A stretch of DNA of 62,295 nt, counting the filler, from Squatina squatina (lineage: Eukaryota), in NCBI GenBank assembly GCA_031763465.1. It is 4 parts of 4 records of this genome, joined end to end, with 100 filler letters (N's around TTAATTAATTAA, not from the genome) between each part and the next. Parts side by side here need not be neighbours in the genome. Positions count along the whole stretch, not along the records: positions 1 to 19,105 come from JARFOE010000013.1; positions 19,206 to 33,700 come from JARFOE010000115.1; 2 more parts are not named here. One strand, written 5' to 3'. The notes under the pieces were generated by a model. The model saw nothing but the letters and a program-made list of their open reading frames with translations, did no database searches and was not told the DNA's origin. Shown one piece after another: positions 12,146 through 23,100 of the stretch (position 1 is the first letter of the stretch; the number at the start of each line of letters is the position of its first letter). A program made the position numbers and the translations under genes.

Positions 12146-12944
12146 ATGAATGAAAGGAACATAAAGATGAAATTAAGATTGCATTACTTACCTATTCTTG
12201 TTTTCAAGTTCAGCAATCAACTGCCGCTGCTGTTTATTTGCATCTATAGTAGAGGAGAGATCAGAGGGAGCACGCTGTTGCTAGAAAAATTTAGAAACAT
12301 TTCTTTAGGCTGCATCAAACATTTGTTTTTCAAGTAGACCAATGTACAAACTTTACTTTTCTTTCATGCAAGGTACAAAACTGGTATTCCTTCACAATCT
12401 ATCACTGCAAAGCTGCTTTCTTTGCTTCAGCACCTTGAAAGTGTGGTAACAGAACAAATTGTGAAAATATCGTCCATCTCTCAGTGCACTCCAACTGCTG
12501 ATCAATAGAAAGCATTGGAAATTGGAGTCAAATATGGAAGCGGCTAAGGATTTTACAGACTACTCAACAGTGATATCAGCACACTCTTAACATTGTCATT
12601 GCAATGCAGGTTACTATGAAGCTGCAAAATATTTTGTTTGCAACAATAGGATTAGAGGGATTTGATTTAATTTTCATTTTACGAAGACAAAACAGTGCCA
12701 CGGATGCTGCAGTGAGAAAGGCATTAGAGACCATCAACAATTTTATTTAAATTTGTTACCTGCCTGCAGAGCAGTTTTTGAAGTTTTTGAAAACTTGAGT
12801 TCTGATACGGCCGGCAATCCGTCTGGCTCCCCGCAGCGTAAGGACTGGGAGATTTTAACGACCACCTTACTGAAATGATTTAAGTGGATCTCCCACCCAA
12901 ACCAAGTGGGAATAATCTGTAGGTCGGTTGGCGGGAGCTGGATA

Positions 12945-13192
12945 TTGGACCTCCTTCCCAAGATCCACAAACAGGAATGCCCTGGTAGACCCATCGTTTC
13001 AGCTTGTTCTTGCCCCACTGAACTGATTTCCTCCTATCTCGACTCTTTTTTCTCCTCTTGTCCAGTCTCTTCCCACCTACATCCGTGACTCTTCCGATGC
13101 CCTCCGCCACTTTATCAGTTTCCAATTTCCTGGTCCCAACCGTCTCCTCTTCACCATGGACGTTCAATCCCTCTACACCTCCATTCCCCACC
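12945..13192 (+). mobile_element. Penelope-like element reverse transcriptase fragment
   Basis: [20 protein letters not shown] followed, across a frameshift, by PTYIRDS...LFTMDVQSLYTSIPH, typical of PLE RT. Confidence 0.85.
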
Positions 13193-13566
13193 NNNNNNNN
13201 NNNNNNNNNNNNNNNNNNNNNNNNNNNNNNNNNNNNNNNNNNNNNNNNNNNNNNNNNNNNNNNNNNNNNNNNNNNNNNNNNNNNNNNNNNNNAAAAAAAG
13301 CTGAATGTGCTGTTTACGAATAGGGCTGTCTAATCTATGAAACTGAAAGTACACGCAATACTTCTAATATTAAATTTGTAATAGCAGAAATGTTTCTACA
13401 GATATGAAGCAGTATAGATTTACTGCTTGAAATTCTGTTCTAAGATATTTGGAAATCTAAGATATCTGTAAGTATTTATGCTTTTTGTTAGCATGATACA
13501 TAACAAAATTATTTTTGTAGTATTAGTAGATCATGCCAGATACTGCACATTCTCCTTAATACTCAC

Positions 13567-13644
13567 CCTTTGCCCTTCAGCAAAGCTGGAGCAGCCCTAG
13601 CCAGTTGTTTGTTCTGCTCTACTTCATTGATTTCATCAGGAAAG
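13567..13644 (-). CDS. DTNA: DTNA variable-region cassette exon (78 bp)
   Basis: AG...GTGAGT, phase 2/2. FPDEINEVEQNKQLARAAPALLKGK(G) matches mammalian EVEQNKLLARAAPAFLKGKG. Confidence 0.9.
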
Positions 13645-13873
13645 CTATTTAATGAGATAAGAAGACTAAACAAAGAATACGTAATAATACTGGGGACACA
13701 GGTTTAAAGCAAGACTGTGAAAAGCATTTGTAATGTAATCACATGCCAAAAAAACAATAAACTGAAACAGGTTATATATGATTAAAATTATAGCGAAAGA
13801 CGTGGATATGTCAGAAATAAAAAAATTAAATGTGCTATCTAAGAAAACTCAAAATAAGACTGATCAAAATAGT

Positions 13874-14123
13874 GGCCCTGAAATTACGATCGGAGGTTTC
13901 CTGCATGCGGGCGCCTCCTATCGCAAAAATGTCTACGAACTTACCTACAGTCCTCGGTCCACCTGAACTTGCATTTTTAATCCCACACAGATGCCCATGT
14001 GCATCGGAGCTCTCCAGTTTTGTGGGGAAGTTTGTGGAGAGGTCACATGGGAGGCCCCAACCAATCAGGTCGGAGTATCTCTCATTCAAGCTTTAAAAAA
14101 ATTAAAATCGCAATTTCAGGGCC
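13874..14123. mobile_element. MITE (PIF/Harbinger-like) with 17-bp TIRs and 3-bp TSD
   Basis: GGCCCTGAAATTACGAT (13874-13890) and ATCGCAATTTCAGGGCC (14107-14123) match 16/17 as inverted repeats; AGT flanks both ends. Confidence 0.75.
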
Positions 14124-15699
14124 AGTGACTGTGGATCATCCGCAGAAAAATCTAAATGGCTTCCACTGGCCAAAAATGAAGTAGTATGCAGAGGCACCAT
14201 ATCATAAACTGGTTCATCTAGCTTCAATACACATCGCCCTCCACCCCACGCTTCTGTTCACTGAATTTAACCCGGAGAGCCAATCCAATCACCTCTTTTA
14301 GGGAGTTGGGAAACTTCTACTAAGCGGAATTATTCTGAATTGGCATACATGTGAGAAATTGCATAAGGCTGCTGAAAAATGTAGTTTTATAATTGGAATC
14401 TTTACTCAGCACTCCCCACTACAGGAGCAAAGCTTAGGTCAGGAACTCGGGAAGAAACCAATCCTGTGCCTGTCCATTCAATGGCACTAGACTCTGGTTA
14501 TTATTTTTTAGATTATTAAAAAAAGCTATTTTCCTGTATGAAAATGTAAATTGAGGCACAATGCATTCAGGAATCAATCCACACCAATATCTAGTGGCAA
14601 GATGCAGGTTTCATCTCCCACTCTGCCAAGTTGTTCATCTCAAGTCATGTCGCTGTGGGAAAGTGCCAAGCAGCATCTGGAAGACTCCCCAGACACAAGA
14701 GAAAAAAAAATACATTTTAAAGTGGCGCCCCGAGCCCACATCAGGTATCTCCTAACACCAGGCTGGAAGCAACATTAACAAAGACCTTGGAGTCGGACAC
14801 CTGATCAGCCACAGAGTGCATGGCCTACAGGAAAAAAAACTGGAATTCTTACTCACTAAAGGCAATGACGGAAAAGAAAACTTGCATTATATAGTAAATG
14901 TGCCAAGCTTGGTGGAGACATCCTGTAAATGAAAGCACATTGTAGTGCTGTATAATCATTCTACCAGAGTCCTGGAGGTCTATAAACAACATTCTGTATC
15001 AATGTAATGTTATGCCCATATTAATTAGAAAAATCTTTAGACAAAATACTCAATTTGATGATGCAATCAACAATTCCCAATTTCTGGAAAAGAGGGCAGA
15101 GCACCGTGCAAGTGTGAAATGAAGAGTTTCTAGTTAGTCCAAAATCAATTAAAAACTTTTGGAGATCCAAGGGGGAGAATAAAAAAAGAACATGGAGGTC
15201 CAAATTTGGACTCCATTTCATCATTTGTGTGCCCTGCACTGAAATGTCACTTTAGTAGCAGAATATTTAAATATATTGCATTGAACAAGCCACATTTCCC
15301 TTGTCTCCACAGAGTATCACAATGCATGTTATGCTAATGTACCATCCAACATTATCATGTTGGAATGCAGAATTGCTTAAGCAACCAAGTTCCTTAGTTG
15401 TTAAGGAAGCCATCTGGTTGCAGAAGAGGCATAGCAATATGTATTTGGCTGCTAGCCAATGGCATCCTTAGTAACAGGATAACACAATCCACAAATCAAG
15501 GAAAAGCTCAAGAATTGGAAATTCATTATGTAATTACTAAATTCAGCTGTCTTTACATAATTAAACCTTAGGATTTGCAACCCAATCTTCTGGACTACTG
15601 TGCCCCAATACATCATTACTGCACTATCAGCTGTATTGAAGAACTTCTCTCTTACTTTGTTGAAGGCGAAATAATGAAGCAGCCCACAGCAGGTCCTGG

Positions 15700-16410
15700 T
15701 TTACATCCATGCTCTGGTAGACAAATGGCAGGTGACATTCACACTACACATGTGCCAAGTAATCTTAAAATAAGATAAATCCCAACCATCTTCCCTTGAC
15801 CTTCAATAGCACCACTTTTGCCAAGTCTTCCACCATCAATCCTTGGGGGGGGGCTCACGGGCTCACTCCTGACCCCTCAAAGCCACTTCAGCATCTACAA
15901 GGCTGAAGTCAGAAGTGCACTGCAGTACTCCCCACACCTCTGAATGAGTGCAGCCATAAAAACCCAAGACGCTTGACGTCATTAGGGCACAGCAGTTCAT
16001 TTGATTGATGCCCCTGAACTTATCCACTCTCTGCACCACCAATGCATTGCGGCTGCTATATGTACTATCTACAGAATGCACTGAATCAACTAACCAAGAT
16101 TACTTAGACTGCACTTCCCTGCCCCGAGACCTCTACCACCGAAAAGAACAGGAGCAGCAATGTTACGGGAACATTATCACCTCCTTTTCCCTCAGGTCAC
16201 ACACCATCCTGACTTGTACAGACATCACACATCCTTTATTCTCGTTGGGTCAATATCCTGGAATTCACTACCTAACACCATTGCGGGAGCATCATTTCTG
16301 CAAGGACTGCAATAGTTTAAAGGTGACCCACTACCACCTTATTGGAGCAACTATTGCTGGGCAATAAACGTGGCAATGCTAGCACATCACCCACATCCAA
16401 AGAACAAATA
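15700..16410 (+). mobile_element. Degenerate CR1-clade (HER1-like) LINE 3' end
   Basis: ATCTACAAGGCT..GTCAG..., TCACACACCATCCTGACTTG..., GGGCAATAAA...CCCACATCC tail shared with 56040-56345 and with the SINE at 50950. Confidence 0.65.
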
Positions 16411-18523
16411 AAAACAAAGGCACCTGAGGGATAGGGCTTCGAGTAGTGTCTCACAGACAGAAAATTATATTGCCTNNNNNNNNNNNNNNNNNNNNNNNNN
16501 NNNNNNNNNNNNNNNNNNNNNNNNNNNNNNNNNNNNNNNNNNNNNNNNNNNNNNNNNNNNNNNNNNNNNNNNNNNCACTATCAAGCAAATGCAGAATTCC
16601 AGAACTTGTGTGGCATTTCAAAGGGAATACGACGGCATACTTGGAGGGCCATCACAGATGCCGCAGTTTCAGGGCATTTTCATTCTTGTTTCCTTTTTCA
16701 AAGGAATCTAAATTGGCACCAAACCAGGAACAGAAGAAACGTTTTGCTGTCCCTGGTATCTCCAGTTTGTGTGCAGTGACTGAGCTGCACAAGTAATTCC
16801 ATTGCTTTCTCGGCTTTGATTTATCTGAATCAAGAGGTGTTAATGACACGTTATACATCATCGGCGTAAGTCTCCATAATTGCCCCAAGAAATTAATTAA
16901 GGAACATGACTTTCTACATAAAGTCAATTAGTTATTTAAATATTTTCGGGTATTCATACACCCTGGACCTAAGAGGACAACATGCTCAGTGTTTGGCTTT
17001 ACAGCTCTTTTAGATCATTCATATACAGTATTATACAGAAATAATATCGACATTTTTATTTTAATGAAAGACATTCAATATGATACTTTGGCTTACCAGA
17101 ATTTGTGCAACAAAGAGAAGTGTGGAGGCAGTTCATAGTGTGTTTGCGACAGACAGAAAGCATCAGAATGACCCGTTAACTCATCTGCTCCTTTAAATGG
17201 AGCAATTTGGATCTCCCCTACTTTTATCATCATTAATTTGATTTCTTTCTCTATTCTGACAGCATGCAAATCATGATCGTACATGTAAGGCTCTTTACAG
17301 ACAGTAGTACTGTGTCTGGTATGAGAGCTTCGAAAGATGCTGTGGTCATGAGACTCCCTGACACATAACTATGAAAATTTTAATACATTTGGAATTCATG
17401 AATTTTGGCAACTTGAGGATAATTTCCATGTTCAGCCTTACAGAAACTAAATTCTATAGCCACAGATGTTCTGTGTGTATGAAATGTGTAGAATGATAAA
17501 GGAGACACTTAGACAAACAATATTCGTTTGCATGGATGGTTAAAATGTACAACAGCAATAAAACTTGTAGAAAGGTCAATTATTTATATTTGCTACTTTG
17601 AAGAATGCAGAGCATTGCAAATTTCTTTGCCTCGATAAACCGATAGTACATNNNNNNNNNNTTGATCATCGATTTTTAAACATGCAGTACCATAACTTTA
17701 CAACATAACTATAATTTTTTTTACAATACAGTGGATAGTTGTCTTGTAAAAATAAATGTGTTATGTAAAACATTCATTCAAATAAGCAAGTCTGAGTGAC
17801 AGTACAAATACACTATGTTAAGTAATGCTTATCCAACTATATGTTCCACTTATAAAACTGCACATTAGAATGTATCGTGACTGCAGTTGAACTAGTTAAA
17901 AATATAGACTAAGCAAGACTACTATAAGCAAATTTGGAATAATTGCAGATGCGTTAATAGACTTTCTGTTTACTTTTGTGATATCGATTATATTCTTTTC
18001 TCTTATTGACTAGCTTTGCTTTATGTCCTTATTGTGAAGTATTCTTCAAGAACTATAAAAATAGGACAGTATGACAATGCTTCCATTCGCCTATGATTTT
18101 AAAAATGTATTTATTCTCTCTCTGTTCCTGCTGTGCAAAATTCCCTGACAGGTCAGGTTTGGATAAATAGATGCCCATATAACAGCTCTGGTTAGTCTTT
18201 AGTTTACATATTTTATGTATGTTCCATAATCTGTTTCATAACTACATAGGTGAGATGTAATTAAGATTGGGAATTAACCATCTCAGTCTACTATGTGGAG
18301 CAAGTGATAATTTAAACTCCAGTGTGTTCCTTGTTACATAATTGACAATTTTCAGCAACATGATAAATAGATCAATAAATATTCACATAAAGGATGTGTG
18401 ATGAAAAACAACAATAACTTGCATTTTCAAAGTACTTTGAACATAGAAAAGCAGAAGAAGCATAAGAGAAAAAATGGATGCTGAGCCAAAGAAGGAAATA
18501 CTCGGAGACATGACTAAAAACTT

Positions 18524-18626
18524 GGGGGCCGAAATTCGGCACTTGCTAGCGTCCCTTTCTCGCCTTATGAAGGCGTTATGGAGGCTCAAAAAAAAACTTA
18601 AGCACCTCCCGTGAAATTTCGCCCCC
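18524..18626. mobile_element. Short MITE-like element
   Basis: Imperfect inverted ends GGGGGCCGAAATT / AATTTCGCCCCC around a GC-rich core; ends resemble the 13874 element. Confidence 0.5.
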
Positions 18627-19105
18627 ATTTTCTCAACCAAAGCACTATTAACTTTTGAAGTCAGGAAATAAATCATCAGTGTCCTTGTTTAAAGAGATGT
18701 TTTTGGGTAAAGAACAGTGCAGTTTTATAAATGGGACTGTATGCAATAGTAGAGCGTGCATGGGCTGGCTGAGAAAAAGGAGAAAGATTAAAATTTGCAG
18801 CTGGTGAATTATTTCAAAATGTTGCAAAGCTGTCTAAACTTGTCCATTTATCTTCACAGTTTGATGCTGGCAGGGCCTCCGAAACAGTGGTTGCATCAAG
18901 TACCACCAAAATAGGGCTAATATATCTCACAGCAGCATAAATGCAAAGCAGTCTGCTGGATGAGTTGGAGATGGTTATATTTTTTGGCTTCCACTGGGCT
19001 GAGCAGCTGAAGCACTCATTGCCTGTCTCTGTACGGGTTAATACAGCATTTAGGGGTACGGTAGCATAGTGGTTATGTTACTGTATGAGTAATCCAAAGG
19101 CCTGG

Positions 19106-19205
19106 NNNNNNNNNNNNNNNNNNNNNNNNNNNNNNNNNNNNNNNNNNNNTTAATTAATTAANNNNNNNNNNNNNNNNNNNNNNNNNNNNNNNNNNNNNNN
19201 NNNNN
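19106..19205. other. Artificial scaffold spacer (N44-TTAATTAATTAA-N44)
   Basis: Identical 12-mer centred in 100-bp N blocks three times; it gives stops in all six frames. Confidence 0.95.
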
Positions 19206-19299
19206 CGTGTGCTCTCTCCTATGTAGAGGAGACCACATCATGAGCAGCGAATACAGTATACTAAATTGAAAGAAGTACAAGAAAGGAATTGAATTGTGT

Positions 19300-19560
19300 G
19301 GATACCAAGAAACTGTTTCCTCTGGTGGGGAATCCAGAACAAGGGGCATAATCTTAAAATTAAAGCTAGGTCAGTTAGGAAGCATTTTCTTTCACACAAA
19401 GGTTCGTGGAAATCTGGATCTTTGTCTCCCAAAAGGCTGTGGATGCTGGGTCATTTGAAATTTTCTATACTGAGATCACTAGACTTTTGCTAGATATGGA
19501 GAAAAATGCAGGTAGATGAAGTTGCAGTATCTAATAGAATGGTAGAACATGCTCAAGGGA
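19300..19560 (+). mobile_element. CR1 LINE 3' end fragment
   Basis: GGGGAATCCAGAACAAGGGGCATAATCTTAAAAT...AGGAAGCATTTTCTTTCACACAAAGG...; standard CR1 ORF2 end. Confidence 0.75.
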
Positions 19561-22500
19561 CTGTCCACACCATAGAAATACTCTATGTTATATACAGTTC
19601 AGTTTGTAGAAATCCTCTACGCCATTCACTGTTCAGTCCCTTGAGCTTCACCATGTAACACACAGTTCACTCCATGTAACTCCACTGTGTAATATAATGC
19701 AAGAAGCATTGTTAAGTCTATTAAACTTCCCTGTGATGTATTGTATCAGTATGCTCAGTATCAGTCCATTGATTTACTTCAGGTAATGAATTGCTCAGTC
19801 CATGCTGCTCCCCGGTGTAATGCGATGTTTAGCATGTAGAATCCCCTGTGTAATGCACTGCTGATTCCATGTTATAATCTGTAGTTTGTACTACACTGCA
19901 GTGACTGCTTTTATAGATGAAAGGACATATGAAGGATAATTCAAAGATGCTCAAGTGCACATCCTTAAAAATAAAAGCAAATATGATGAGTGTTCAAAAA
20001 AAAATCTCCCTTTTATTGTTCCACTTAGGGGCATAATTTTAAAGAGGGCATTGAAATATATTTTAGTAGTTAAGAAACAAGTACTATGTGGGCACTAGCT
20101 TTGCTGAAATATCTGCCGGTGTTGCTCATTTCTGATAAAGACAGCTATTGCATTATTCATTTATTTAATATCTTTATTCAGAGTAGTCTGATTTCCTGGT
20201 GCACTGAAGAGAATTATAATAAATAATCATATCACAGCTGGGAATGTTGTTGAAAGGGAGTTTTTTTTGTCAGCTTTATTCAAATTACAATTTGTAAACA
20301 CAAACACAATACCAATTTTTTTGCAAGTACTAACATTTTTAATTCTCCAAAAAATGAAATCTGTGACTGTTGCAACACCTTAGAATCAAACAAATATAAT
20401 TAGAAGTTTGAGATCATTTGTAAGCTATTTCATAGTATTATGTTTATTGCTTTTGCTTTCTTCTCTCTGTCCTGAGATGGCGAGCAGGCTCTTCAGTCTC
20501 TGCAGTGCTGCTCTTGAACTGGCTGTTACAATTTACACAAGGGATGATGTAGCATATGGGGAAATGACTGACCCTCTTCAGCAGCTTCGTCCTGTTGTAA
20601 GCATGGACCAATGACGTAGCATTTTGTCAGCTGGGCCAGCGTAGTTGGTACACAATCATTTAAAAAAATCTAGTTCTGAATCTAGAATTACAAAAAAAAT
20701 TTGTTTATACAGTTAAACCCAGAAAATGCTGAATATACACAGCAGATCAGTTAGCTGAAAAAGGACAAGGCAGTTTGATAGTTTTAAGTAGCAATCCTTT
20801 GTTCAGGGTACTGACGAAAGGTCTCAATCTACGTTGCATACTTTTTTTCAGATGCTGTTCAACCTATTTTTAGTGTTTCTCTCTTTATTTCAGATTCCAG
20901 CATTTGCAGTAATTTTTTTTCTTTTTATCTCCTATGTTTACATAATCCAATTGTTATGAATTTTTCAGAACACTTGTATTTAATCCCAAAAAACTGCAAA
21001 ATTTGCAGTCTTATGTATTTCTGNNNNNNNNNNNNNNNNNNNNNNNNNNNNNNNNNNNNNNNNNNNNNNNNNNNNNNNNNNNNNNNNNNNNNNNNNNNNN
21101 NNNNNNNNNNNNNNNNNNNNNNNCTCATAAAACTCACCCAGGCCTTCAGTGGTACAGTAATAATAATTTAACGACAGCTGTTCATTTTCCCTTCTCTATT
21201 TGACAGCCTTTCTTAATAAGTAGGGGGGCATGGCAAGTATTTTAAGTGGCTGCTGTAATTGTAAACAGAACCTTGGCCTAATTCAGAGGTCACTGTTGTG
21301 AAGCCACTGTAGGTTTCAAACTTCAGGAGGTAACCTAATTGTTCATGAATTCACAGAGAAAGCTCTCATCAAGAACACAGGCGATGTGTTTTTTATTAAA
21401 TACCACTGAATCCTTTTCTGTCATGCGCACTGCTGCATGAGCCATTAGAGTTTGTTCAGGTGCTCGGAATACTGAGCTGCCTTTGCAGATTCTTCCTAAA
21501 TGAATACTCACCAAACTAAAATGGCTGCTCCTCCCAACCATGTATCCTTTTCAACAGAACTTAATGCCAAAAGACTGCCTTCGACTACCTTAAATAACTG
21601 ACTTAAACCTAAAATGAAAAGATCACAGCAAAAATATAGATTATCCAAATCTACTGCATGATTTAAAAAGACAACTTCTTCTCAAAATATTCCACGGAGA
21701 GACTTTATTGCCACTGAATATGGCGAGACAAAGCCACATTTCAAAACAGGTATTTAGTAAATCAATCTGACCACAACACTTCTGAGGTATGACTGAATGT
21801 AACGGGGTAGCAGAACTTAAAGAGAAATTCCTCAATAATCTTCTCAGCTTGGAGGCCGACAGAGACCTTGCCCCTCCGTGACTAAAACAGATGAGATCAT
21901 TAGTAAAAGACAGATTGAATGTCCTGATCTCTTTAGCACCATGATGCCACTCAGGTTTGCATGGAGATGGAGAGACTGCTCAGAGATCCTGAAGCGGTTC
22001 ATGAAGGGCTAGTCCATATCAGCCTCCACAACAGCAGTCAGTGTACTTTGAAAGTTGCCCATGGTGTGAAATCTTTTGAGGCCTTTAAACACGCTAAGTA
22101 TGATGTAAATGCAACCACTATTGTACAACCATAACTACTTGAAAATTGTGGGCAAAATCTCAAACTGAATGGAAAAATTATGGAATCGTACAATAATCAC
22201 ATTTTATGAACGTGTGCCAAAAGCACCTGTTAACCTTATTTATTCATTGATCAAATGGTTATCACAAAGTGATATCAGGAAAAAGTAAATTGATATTTTA
22301 TAACAGATTGTGAAATATAAAAAGAATTATTGAATAAAAATGAAACTTCCATAAGATGCTGTTTAATGTATTTGAGCTGTACCTCAGTACAATCCATTTA
22401 TATAAACAGAATTCCAAATAGTGGAGCATGTGAGATGCCATTGTTATTAAATATTTCTATATATTAGAACTCCAGTATTGGCAAATGCTGAATAGCGTTG

Positions 22501-22753
22501 GTATCACCATCAACAGCCTGGAAATAGCGCTTGTACACCCTGTCACGTGCTGTTAAAGTTATAGATGTTTTGGAAAATTACCTTTATGATGGAGCATAGG
22601 AAGTAGCTGTATTTGATCAAAGCTGTACAAGGGAAGCTATCCTGAGGGCTCTGNNNNNNNNNNNNNNNNNNNNNNNNNNNNNNNNNNNNNNNNNNNNNNN
22701 NNNNNNNNNNNNNNNNNNNNNNNNNNNNNNNNNNNNNNNNNNNNNNNNNNNNN

Positions 22754-23100
22754 ACCCCTCCCTATCTGTAATCTCCTCCAGCCCCACAACCCCCCGAGAT
22801 AACTGCACTCCTCTAATTCTGGCCTCTTGAGCATCCCTGATTTTCATTGCTCAGTCGTTGGTGGCTGTGCCTTCAGCTGCCTAAGCTTTGGAATTCCCTC
22901 CCTAAACCTCTCCGCCTCTCTATCTCTCTTTCCTCTTTTAAGACGCTTCTTAAAACCAACCTCTTTGACCAAGCTTTAGTCACCTGCCCTAATTTCTCCT
23001 TATGTGGCTCGCTGTCAAATTTTGTTTCATCACGTTCCTGTGAAGTGCCTTGGGACATTTTACTATGTTAAAGGTGCTGTAGAGGTACAAGTTGTTGTTT
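22754..23100 (+). mobile_element. L2-clade LINE (or derived SINE) 3' end
   Basis: GGCTGTGCCTTCAGC...TGGAATTCCCTCCCTAAACCTCTCCGCC...TTTAAGACGCTTCTTAAAACCAACCTCTTT (LWNSLP...FKTLLKTNLF). A degenerate relative lies at 54350-54660. Confidence 0.75.

Noticed and set aside
12743-12900. Possible DTNA exon ending CAG|GTAAC at about 12759 on the minus strand
   Set aside because: No recognisable dystrobrevin peptide or clear acceptor; GC-rich and adjacent to a Penelope fragment.
19150-19161. Palindromic TTAATTAATTAA repeated three times in the window
   Set aside because: Always centred in a 100-bp N block; a synthetic concatenation linker. Synteny across these points is not meaningful.
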